Assembly (NCBI RefSeq): GCF_009914755.1
Contig: NC_060926.1
Strand: one strand, 5' to 3'
From: the human T2T-CHM13v2.0 reference genome, Homo sapiens
Length of the DNA stretch: 64,000 nucleotides
Shown here piece after piece: positions 1 to 10,683 of the stretch. The translations under genes were made by a program, and so were the position numbers. Under the pieces are notes generated by a model. The model saw nothing but the letters and a program-made list of their open reading frames with translations. It did not search any database and was not told where the DNA came from. Numbering within the stretch: the stretch's first letter is position 1; every line of letters begins with the position of its first letter.

Positions 1-926
1 CATAACCAAAATACAGCCTTTATTGCAGATTATAGCTGGAATTCACAATATTTCGAAGGCAAAAAAAAAGTTAAGCTGAGGATTTAGTATAATTAGTGCA
101 TGAACTATAGTGCTCTGTTGTCTATTAGAAGCAAATATTTTGTAGGGAGTTGTCCATCTCACACCTCAACATGTTTTGCACAGCCAAAGTTCCAAGGAAA
201 ATGAAGGGCTACCTCATAGTAAAGAAAAACATTACATACACAGGGGAACAAGGTATCAGCAGAAACAGCAATCAGACACAGAATATAAAATGTTTAATGT
301 TTCAATAAAGGAGAGGCTTGAAAATGAATGAAGATGTTGAGTGGAAAAAGTCACAGAAAAACACCTACAGTACGATTCCATTTATATAAAGATATCTATC
401 AAACAGATAAAACCAAACAATATACTTTGTGGGAGAGCAATACACAAACGCTTAAAACAAAACTGTAAAGAAAGGAGTGATAATAGAATTCAGGATAGTG
501 GTCCCTTTTTGGGGGAGGAGAGGGTTGTGATCAGAAAGGGGCATATTGGAGGTGTGGTAATATTTTGTTTCTTAACCTGGGTGTAGGAACATGAGCATTT
601 ACTTTGTTTTTAAATGGTATATTTTCACATGTTCTTGAACATATGCTAAATTTCTAACAAAAAGGAACTATGTAATAAACATGTAATATATAAAATCTAT
701 GTTGATTAATTTTTCTTAAATATTTGAAATGAATTATTTGAAGTACTCTGATAGTGAGAACTATAAGATTTAAGAAAAATTAGAGTATTTCAAGTATTTA
801 ACAAAGCTTATGGTTTAAGGAAACTTCTTTTCTACTGATATGATGAAACAATTTTCTTCTCCATGCTTCAGAGCAAAAGCATTAATTTTGGGTTGTTATT
901 AATCTTCCTTTTTTTCTACTTTGCAG

Positions 927-942
927 CAAGATGAGAAGATGA
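927..942 (+). CDS. SGO2: SGO2 (shugoshin 2) terminal coding exon, coding part: (D)-K-M-R-R-stop
   Basis: Polypyrimidine tract and ttgcag acceptor (AG 925-926), then C AAG ATG AGA AGA TGA. KMRR* matches the shugoshin basic-motif C-terminus as I recall it, and SGO2 is the known upstream neighbour of AOX1. Confidence 0.85.
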
Positions 943-1240
943 AGTGAATTTATGGATTCTGGTTTTTCTGAATTTTCAAAGCATAAGGAATCAAAACAGA
1001 AATATAGTATCAAGAAGATGAAATGCTTAATGAAAAGGTTTTTTTTTTTGTTTCTTTGGCCTTTCATGGAGTGTTGATTTGTCCATTCTTAATGTTTATT
1101 AATAGGTATATGTGCATAAAATAGCTATTTTGTAACATTAAACTTTTTGAGTCATTTTGGTCATCATATAACTTACCTTCCTGTTTATTTAAGCTTCTTT
1201 TTACCTAGTAGCCTTTAACCAAACAATAACCTTTTAACCA

Positions 1241-1259
1241 AATAAAATGTGTTAATAAA
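1241..1259 (+). terminator. SGO2: Tandem AATAAA polyadenylation signals ending the SGO2 3' UTR
   Basis: AATAAA at 1241-1246 and 1254-1259, preceded by an AT-rich UTR and followed by GT/T-rich sequence (about 1290-1315). Confidence 0.75.
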
Positions 1260-1659
1260 TACCTTTGCATTGGTTATCTTGTATACTAGGCTGTCTTGTT
1301 TTGCTGTCTGTTTTTAACCCATTCAATATATGTGGACATCCAAAAGGGTTTAAAAGCCACCTCCTGCCCTGGCCCGTTTTCTCTCCCTTCATTCTTCTGT
1401 TTTCAGAAATACATGTTGAATGTCAGCTTCTGTATTATTTCTATTATATGTAATCTGATGACTTAGAGGAGGAGATTAACCTTTCAGGCTCTTTTGAATT
1501 TGGTTTTTATAATTTGGTTTTAAAGATCACTTACTCTTCCAGTAATAAGTAGTAATAAATCCTGTTCATATCTGAGATCAATACACAGTTTATTGAATTC
1601 AAATGACTACTCAAACTCTATTCCACCTAGATGGAAAACTTTTTTAGACAATATCTGAC

Positions 1660-1756
1660 CACTAACGCGGTGGGCCCAGAAATCTGCATCTTAATCAGAT
1701 GCTTCAGGTGAGTCCGTCCGAGGATTGTCCTAGTACCACACTTTGAGAGACTGCAG
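1660..1756. mobile_element. MER5-family (hAT-Charlie) DNA transposon remnant
   Basis: gtgggcccagaaatctgcatcttaa...caggtga...accacactttgaga resembles the MER5 end. Confidence 0.55.
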
Positions 1757-2952
1757 TGGGGGTACAGAGTGCTGGAGGGGTTTAGTCAATAGCTCTAGTG
1801 AAGGATGGATAGTTTTATTCAAAGAATCCCAGTTGATGAATGAAGAAGAAATGCTAGAATTAGAAAAATTGCAAACCCCTATTAAAACTACCGCTCAGGC
1901 AATGCTCAACAATGGATGTAAAACAATTAGGTGAAATGTTGATGGAGAAATTCATTACAAAGGAATAGCCCTCTGAACCCACTGATCAATGTTAGCATCA
2001 TTACGAATGAAACAACCAGACACCATATGCTTCCTGCTGTGCTGCAATATTAATTATATGGTACCACCTATGAAGTGTTCTTGCCCTCTCCCCCCCAAAA
2101 AATTGAACCTGAATTTAATCAAAGCTTTAGATCTAATATTTAGTGCATAGGAAATAAGTAGAGTAGAAAAACAATACCAGGGAGAAGCAATTAGCCACAT
2201 TCAAAAAATGGTTCATTTCAATAGAACAACTGACCTGGTTTCTTTTTCAATGTGTTAATAGTGTTAAAAAGTCTGTTTTAGATCAAAAGAGACTGATGAG
2301 ACCACATGCAAATACATTGCACAGCTCTTGTTTGATTCAAAGAAGTCAAGTGTAAAAGACATTTTTTAGACACGTGAAATGGTGTTGCGGCTGACTAAAA
2401 GGATGTGTATGTGTGTTTTTGAAGTATTTAGGGCTAAAATATGTCCAGGATTGGCTTTTAAATACTACAAAAAATGGAGTATGCCAAAACGTTGACCATT
2501 GTTAAAGCTCAGTGAAGGGCAGGTAGATGCCAATTGCACTCTTCACTTTTATGTGCAAAGTTTGGAAAATTTCACAATAAAATTTTTGTGTTTACATAAA
2601 TGAAATAACATGGGAAAATGTTCTAAGGTATGGCAAGTGAAAAGAAGCCTGGAAAATAACTAGTTTGTCCCACTTAAGTTTTTAAAGGTGTTAAAAGTAC
2701 ATGTTTCAAAAAGTAAGGATAGACTAAAAAAGTGAACGGTGGTAAGTTCTAAGTTGTGGGCTTACAGGTGTTCTTTATTTTTATGCTTTGCTGTATTTTC
2801 CAAGTTTTTTTTTTTAAGTTTTCCAAGATGTTTTACATCTCTGTTCTTATTTACCAGATAAACTTTGTGGTTAGTTACTGGATAAACTGTAAATAGTGAT
2901 AAAATTTTTAAGTTTATATCAAGATAGCACTTCATTTTAAAACCAGTAATTA

Positions 2953-3032
2953 TTAGGTTGGTGCAAAATTAATTGCAGTTGTTGCCATTGGAAGTGATGG
3001 TAAAAACCGCAATTACTTTTGCACCAACCTTA
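2953..3032. mobile_element. MADE1 (80-bp Hsmar1-derived mariner MITE)
   Basis: ttaggttggtgcaaaa...ttttgcaccaacctta inverted termini, exactly 80 bp, flanked by TA on both sides (2951-2952 and 3033-3034). Confidence 0.93.
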
Positions 3033-3269
3033 TATTTCTAAAAGATCAAGTTGTAAACCTATTTGTTTTCCCTAAGATCCGCTCTTGCAGAGTTGGAATA
3101 AATATGATTGTTTACACTTAAGAGTCCAGGACTACAGCAGGCCTGGTTGGAGGGGAGTTACTAATGTTCCCAGACTTAAATCCAGCTGGAACACCACCTA
3201 AAATATGCAGTAACATAAGACCATCAAAAGCAATGTCCCAGGACTTACAATGTTTGCTAAGACGCAAGA

Positions 3270-3830
3270 GGGTGTGACACAGACGCTAAGCGCCACTGGC
3301 GAGGAGATGAAGGGGTCGTCTTCATCTTCGCCGGATGATTTCCGCCCACATAGAGGGCGCCAGTGACGCCCACACACGTGCTGGTGTCCCGGGAAGAGTT
3401 CCTGGCAAAGAGCTCAGGAACGTTGGATCTTAATCAAGGCTTTCTCCGTCGGGGTGGATGGGTTGGACTTTAGGCTCCAGCAAGCCCCGCCCCACTCGGC
3501 GGGTCGGTGCCGCCGGGTCCCAGGTGCCCGCTACTTCCCAGAACCTCCGCCTCCCGCTCCGGGCCCTCGAACCAGCGCGGACACCACAATGGACCGGGCG
3601 TCCGAGCTGCTCTTCTACGTGAACGGCCGCAAGGTGAGCGCCCGCGGGCTTCCTCTGCCCCCAGACCTGCGGCCAGGGCCGGGGCAGAGAGGAGCCCCTG
3701 CCGTTCGTCCCATCCTTTCGTGCCCGCCGTTTAAGGCACTCAGGCACGGACTGGCTTTCTCCCGTAACAGCGGCTTTGCCTTCGCATTCCCACCCCTGCC
3801 TCCGGGGCAGCTAAAGGCTGCGTTTTCAGG
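3270..3830 (+). promoter_or_regulatory. AOX1: AOX1 CpG-island promoter / exon 1 region, no obvious TATA box
   Basis: Abrupt CpG/GC enrichment around the ATG; GC boxes (tccgccc about 3341, ccccgcccc 3485-3493) and E-box CACGTG at 3375-3380. Confidence 0.85.
3589..3633 (+). CDS. AOX1: AOX1 exon 1 coding part (MDRASELLFYVNGRK)
   Basis: acaATGg Kozak context; FYVNG motif of the XDH/AOX N-terminus; donor AAG|gtgagc. Confidence 0.98.
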
Positions 3831-4471
3831 GACTGTCCTGGATCTTTGGGCCCCCACCTTCCTTATGTTCCCCTTTCCTCTCCTTCCAAGGCTCACAAGC
3901 TGATTTCCAACCACACGCCCTCCCTAAACAGTAAGATAAAAAGTATTCTTGCCCATCAGGGGTCAGCACTCCCAGATCTTCGTTCCCTCAATCCCAGCCG
4001 ATAACGGGAACGTCCCCAGTACACTGAGAGCAGCCTACAGAAATGGCTGAGCCTCAGCTCGCGGGGTGCGTTTGGAAGCGCAGAGAGCAACTTAGATTCG
4101 GGACAAGACCGTAGAGACGAACACATTCAAACCACCCCCATCGTTTCTCAGATGAAGAAATCGTTACTTTCCAAAGTCACAGCTAGTTCCTGGCAGAGCT
4201 GAACCCAAGTCAGGCTCTGGGGGCTCCAAGGTCCTCACGGGTTCCACTGCTGGGTGCGGGCTCTGTCGCCTCAGAAGCTGGGCTCGCTCTGCGCAACCCG
4301 AGGGACAGTTCCAGGCAGTGTCCGATGTTTGGGAGAAGCAAAGCCCCCTGGGCATCCTTTAAAACACCCCCCTTAATGTGAGCATCAACTCTGCTCACTC
4401 TTAATGTTCCAGTTTCATTGACATTACTCTGAAGGAGGAAACTGAGGCAGGAAGGTTAAGGAGCTCCCTTG

Positions 4472-4785
4472 AGAGCTGTGGCTCACGCCTGTAATCTGCA
4501 CTTTGGGAGACCGAGGCAGGAGGATTGCTTGAGCCCAGGAGTTCGAGTTTAGCCTGGGCAACATGGCGAAACCTTGTCTCTACAAAAAAAAAACCAAACA
4601 AAACAAAACAACAACAACAAAAAAAAACCGGTGTGGTGGTGCGTGCCTGCAGCCCAGCTACTGGGGAGGGTGAAGGAGGATTGCTTGAGTCTAGGAGTTC
4701 AAGGTTACAGTGAGCTGTGATCACACCACTGCACTCCAGCTTGGACAAAAGAGTGAGATCCTATTTCTTAAAAACAACAAAAACA
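4472..4785 (+). mobile_element. Alu (old, AluJ-like) with expanded A/CAA linker
   Basis: ggctcacgcctgtaatc...ggattgcttgagcccaggagttc; two arms; linker about 4583-4627. Confidence 0.9.
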
Positions 4786-5389
4786 GAGCTAACAACCAAG
4801 CAAGAGCAGTGGCACCTGATTTCCCTGGTGCTCGTGTTGGTGCCGGTTCATTCAGAGCCACCTGTGACCACTGCTTCTGGCTAAGGGCAGCCACAACACT
4901 TTTCCCGACGGGCACCAGCTGCCTCCCCTGGAAGCTAACCAGTGTGAAGCACCAGGCCCTAGTTGTGAGGCCTGTTCTAAGACCCTGAGCCTAATTTCAT
5001 TTGTGGTTTTGTATTATGTTTCTTAAAGAGGATCCCCCAAATTGTACATTAGGCCCCTCAAAAACTTTGTCTGCCCCTGCTGCCTGGGTTCTACATTGGA
5101 TAAGATGAGCTAGTTTTTCCTGATCTGTAAGGGTCATTAGGACCCCTTCACAGGACTGCTGTGAGGGTGAAATATGACAATGGGGTGAGATGATTGACAT
5201 TATGTCATTTTTTTCTTCTTTTGCATAATAGAATGGTATAGTAAACACAACACTGGCTTTGTTGTTTAGACAAACAAGTCTTCAATTCCAATTCTAATTC
5301 TGATTGAGAAAACCTAACCTCTCAGAGGCCCAGTTTCTCTGTTAAAAGGGGATCATACCACTTACTTCATAAAGAGTGATCATGAGCAT

Positions 5390-5850
5390 TCAATCCACTT
5401 ATTTGTTAAGGGCCTACCGTATGCCAGTCAGTGTTCCAGGCTTATGAGATACAGCAGAGCACAGAAATAACAAGTCCTTGCGTGCATGGAGCTTACATTG
5501 TGCTGGGGAGATAGCAAGCATATAAATACGTGGAAATGTGTAATGTCAGGAAGTGAGAAGTGCTAATATAAAAAATAAAGCACAGCGTGGGGACAGAGAG
5601 TATGCAGGATACTTAGAGGGGATGGATGTTTTGGCCTGTCTGAAAGGGTGGCATTTGAGCAGTGACTGGGATGCAGTGAGGAGCAAGCCATGCAAACATC
5701 TGGGGAGACAGCATCCAGGCAGTGGGAATGGCAGGTGCAAAGGTCCTGAGGTAGGAGGATTTCTGTGTGCTTAAGGAGGTAGGTTGGTGGGCCTGGCAAC
5801 ATGGGCAGTGGCCTGATTACTAGGGCTTTATAGGTGATGGTAAGGGTTTG
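5390..5850 (-). mobile_element. L2 fragment (3' end)
   Basis: cattcaa...atttgttaagggcctaccgtatgccag...catggagcttacatt resembles the antisense L2 3' end. Confidence 0.6.
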
Positions 5851-6206
5851 GGTTAAATGAAGAAACAGGGATTGTGAGTCTAACATCTCCTCGCTTCTCC
5901 TTCCCCCACTTCCAAACAAATATTGGTATTTTTAACATAATGGCCAACAAGTTTGTGCTCTATTGATTTTTAAAATTAGATAAGCTAGTTCTTATCTACG
6001 GACTCACTTTGTCTATGGGCCAAATGTCCTGTGGTTATTTGTAAAGTATAATCTGGAGATATTGATTCTGTTTTTGCAATTACCCATTAGAAGAAATTGT
6101 GTTAATCTTTCCCTTTCCTTCTCCTCCCTTCTAAATTCTGTTAGGTGTGTGCTTCGGTACTTAATAAACAAGCCTGATTACTTACATGGAAAGAACTAGA
6201 ATAAGC

Positions 6207-6433
6207 TTTTTTTTTTTTTTTTTTTTTGAGATCGAGTCTCACTCTGTTGCCTCCTGAGTAGCTGGGACTATGAAACTGCAAGCACCCACCACCACGCTAA
6301 TTTTTGTATTTTTAGTAGAGATGGGGTTTCACTATGTTGGCCAAGCTGGTCTCAAACTCCTGACCCCAGGTGATCTCCCTGACTCGGCCTCCCAAAGTGC
6401 TGGGATTACAGGCTTGAGCCACTGTGCCCAGCC
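6207..6433 (-). mobile_element. Alu (AluS-like) with an internal right-arm deletion
   Basis: Poly-T then gagatcgagtctcactctgttgcc joined directly to tcctgagtagctggga; degenerate TSD tagaataagc / tagcataaac. Confidence 0.9.
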
Positions 6434-9400
6434 TAGCATAAACTTTTTCGTTCCAGAGAGTAAGGGATTGTTGAGAAGAGTGTGAGAGAAAATCCACCCT
6501 AGAAGAGGGCTTTTGAAGTCAAACACAATCTCTGGAATTAAAAACTCACCTTTGAAAAAGAAGCTTAGAAGTGAAGCCACTTAGGAGAAAATAGGTGACA
6601 TGATTGGCTTCTATTCTGCTTTTTGCTAAATTTTCTCAGGTCACCAAAAGTTGTCCTCAGGCAGAAGGTAACGACATCTGGAGGCAAGGACAGCGCACGT
6701 TGGCCAGGGACCTAGTTGCAGAGAGATTTCTGAAATCTTATTCACTCTACCAAGGCCCCCAGAAGAACAGATGACCCATTTAACATGGAGTTTAAGGGAG
6801 GAAGAGCCCATGAATAAATTCTGCCATAGATGCCACATAACAACCTCAACTCAGGAAATGAAGCATGTCATTTCATGAGGCAATGAGGTGTGGAAATCAA
6901 AGGTATGGGCCTTAGAACTAGTCAGGGATGGGTTTGAATCCTGTGCTATCTGCTCTGCCACTTGGCGGGTCTGGGGCCTCGGGCAAGGTACTTAATGTCG
7001 CTGAGCTTCTGTTTTCTCTTTTGCAAAATGGAGCTAATAACAGAACCTTTTCCCTTGAAATTGGGGCTGATTAAGTTGCATAGAGAGAGGTTAGCAGGGT
7101 GGGTGTACACAGTAAACAGATTGTAAATTGATATGTGGAAACAATTGTTGCTATCTGGACTATAAAATAATCTGTTTCATTAGCAGAGCCAGAACCTGCT
7201 TAGAGGTGTCAAGGATGCTAAGAAGCAGTCATCCTGCATTATTTGCACAATGAGCATAGACTTTTGGTACTGGTGTAGGAATCTGGAAAGAGCAGTTTAT
7301 TGGCTAGCATTCTCTAAGGTTCTTGGTTTACAAGGCTGAGAGAGGAAATTTCTGGGCTTCTGGAATGGCTGCAATGATTCAGAGAAAAGTGGAGAAGGTG
7401 GAGGCACCTTAGGCAGAAAGAAGTAACAAGCAAAATGAATTTTAAAAGCAACCTAAAGCTCAGGAAGATGTGTCCCCATGGCTGTTCCCTGAGGCTTCTT
7501 TCTCTCCTCTGAGGCTGCTGTAGATTATTGTTCTCTACTAACTGCATCTCACAGCATACACCCCTTTCTTTCCTCCTCTTCTACCTCTCAGCCTTGTCCC
7601 TTCACATGCACCTCTACCCCTTCCTTATTTTCTACTCTCTCTCCTCTTATCTCTCTCTTCCTTTCTCTTTCTGACTCTGTCTTGGATCTGGCAGGGCCTC
7701 CTCAGGCACTAGTCACTGGCAGTACACAGAGAAAAGTGATTTCTTAACCAAGTACAGCATGAACTTGGACTCTCCCAAAAGGGCTGGCAGTGATACAGAG
7801 GGGCAGATTCCACCCTCAGATTCAAGACTATGCTGAGATGAGTACATGCAATGACCCTGACCTGAGAACTGGCAACATCTCTCAAATCCAGAGTCAACCA
7901 GAATAACTGTTACCCATCCCCTGTATGCCTTCTAGCCTCCCTCTGAGTCCTAACCTCCCTGTATCATTCCCAGAGCTGCCAGGACAAGATGCGTGCTAGA
8001 TCTCTGCCCCCACTTCCTCCAAATACAACCCTCACTACATCAAAACAACAACAACAACAACAACAACAAAACACATTTCAAACTGGTGGGACTTTGAGCC
8101 AGATTCCAATCCCTTGAAACATTTCCTGGAACACATACCCAAACAAGCATGACCACCTTCTTCCATGAATTCTTTCCTCAAATATAGAAATATTCCTCAA
8201 GCCTAAAATGCTATTCTTTACTAACTAGGCTACCCAGACCCTGTCTATCCATTAAAACGGGGCTTCTATTGTTTACCATCATATCTAGGAACAGACATTG
8301 TGAGGTTGGGGCAGAAGCTTTATGGTGTTATCTGAGACCCACGTTTCTTCTCTCTTTTTTCTCTCCTGCCATTAACATGTTGCCTCATGGTCTAAGATAA
8401 CTGCTGGGGTTCTAGCCATTTCATCCCTATTCCAAGTAGCGGGAAGGAAGGAAAGGAGAATGCATGCCAGGATAGACAACCTACAGTTTCTGCCACCAAT
8501 AACTTCTGTGTTTTTCTTTATTTTTCATCTATTCAGATGCCCAAGTCTATGAGAAATTCCTTCCTTCTTGGTATCTCATACCAAATCATACATAGCATGT
8601 TCCAGTCATTCATTTCATTAATTAACACTTATTACATCCTGTGATATTTCCCCACCACCAAGCTCAGTGTTTGGCATAAAGAAGAACAGCAGAAGATGGC
8701 TTCTTTCAGGATCGAGATAGTCTTGTACACACACAAATAATTATGATACAGTGTAAAAAGTGTCATAAAAGAAGAGGTGAAGACATCAGCCATGGGAACA
8801 AAGAGGAGGATGGTTACTTTGAGATGCAAAAGGGTATTTTAGGTGGCAGAACTCTCCATAGAGAACACTTGAGCAGGGTGGTGAATGACATACAAAATTC
8901 TGCCAAGAAGAGAGGAAGGATTTTCAGGACAGAGGGAACCTTGCATGCAAATGCAGTGAAGGTGAAAGTCCAACGCACCCCCTGGACTGTCCAGTTCATC
9001 CGTGTGGCCTGAGTTCGAATTTCTTCTTGTATTCCGGAAATAGTTGGTTATTAATTCACCTAAGATCCACTCAGTGTACTCATTTAAAAAGCACATTTTC
9101 TGGTTCCCTCTACCAGAAATCCTGATTCCATAGCGGTTTCATTTTAACAAGCATCTCCATGATTCAGGAATTCCCAGAATGGCAGTTTGGCAGCCAGGAG
9201 CCATGTTAAATTTAGGCATATACATGAGACGATCAGGCTTGGGTTTTACAGCAGTCACTCTGGTCGTGGTGCAGAGGACGATATTGCGGGTACCAAGAGT
9301 GGAGGCAGGGAGAACTCTCAGGCAGGTCTTATAATCATTCAGACAATAGGTGATATGGGCTCATGGGCAGTGACAGTAGAAGAGAAAGGAGTTTAGAGGA

Positions 9401-10625
9401 ACATTGGAAGCCCAAGTGGAAGAACTTGGTGACACTGATTGTGGTGGATTGGAAAAAAAAAAGTTGAAAATAGCTCAGGTTTTTTAGCTTAGGTGACCTA
9501 GCAGATACTGAGGCCATTAAAAGGTTAAGGAAAAGAAGGGAAGGAGTAAGTAAGTTTGGAAAATAAAATAAAGAGTTCCATTTGAGAGCCAATTAAGTTG
9601 AAGATACCTGAGAGGCACCCCATATTTTTTCTTATCACATACACACACACAAACAGACACACATGCACCAATCTTTCTATATTGCGGACTCTTCTAGGGC
9701 ACAGATCTGACCTTGGCAATTGGCATATGCCACACCTTGCCTGGAATATAGCCTGTTAGAATTGAGGGTGAGGCAGCAGCCCTAGAATAAGCATATGTCC
9801 ACTCCTCACCTACTACTTCCCAGGAGGGAAAATTACTATAATATGGTGAAAGATGAATTCAGCTTCTGAAATGGCAAAGCAAGTCATGCTTCTATGTGTT
9901 CTATGAATCCAAAAGAAATGTCAAATTTTTGTGAAAAAAGAGAAAACATGATCACTTTGGAAAACATAACCAATCTTGACATTTTGATGTCATCCTTGAG
10001 AAAAAACAGCATGCTGTTCTGCTGCTATGTGCCAGGCTGCTCCCATGAACTTGCCTAAGTATGTCCTTGCTGCACAGTTTTGCATCACTTAGCATACATG
10101 TTTTATCTTCCCCTTTGTTTATTTGATTGGGGCCATGGCTGGTTATCTTTTACTGGAAACCACAATTATTTGAACAAGATAAACAAACAAGTCTTTTTAA
10201 AAATTAACTATATCAATTTCTCAGAGGCTATTCTATTCCAGCAATTCCCCTCCCTCCTTTCCTTTCTTATTTCATCCACTCCTCCCCCAAGTCTGAATGT
10301 TCTACTAATGTCTTTACTCTCACCTGCTTTAAACTTTCTAGAAAAAACTGGACAGGAGGTAGTGTTTCTGTTAGCAGAAACAACAATTGCCTTAGAGAAC
10401 AGCGATAATTCAGGACCAAGGACAGGAGCACAATTGTGGTGGGGCTCAAGATTACACATAAGAGTGGTGGTTTGCATATCACAGCTGTTCCATAAAGCTG
10501 AAATCTACTTGAAAATATGAGTAAAAGGGCTAATTAACATGCATTTCCCTCAAATTAGTGTGATCCTACCAATGTGAATTTCATATTAGCTCTCTCAACT
10601 AACTCTTATTTTCCCTTTGGTATAG

Positions 10626-10683
10626 GTGATAGAAAAAAATGTCGATCCTGAAACAATGCTGTTGCCTTATTTGAGGAAGAAGC
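10626..10683 (+). CDS. AOX1: AOX1 exon 2 (VIEKNVDPETMLLPYLRKK)
   Basis: tag| acceptor, 58 nt, donor C|gtatcctt (U12 type). Confidence 0.97.

Noticed and set aside
3430-3914. Several overlapping 75-149 aa ORFs on both strands at the promoter
   Set aside because: Expected from stop-codon scarcity in a CpG island; only 3589-3633 is supported by homology and a splice donor.
4046-4058. Palindrome gctgagcctcagc as a MARE/NRF2 element
   Set aside because: Spacing does not fit TGCTGA(C/CG)TCAGCA or RTGAYnnnGC.
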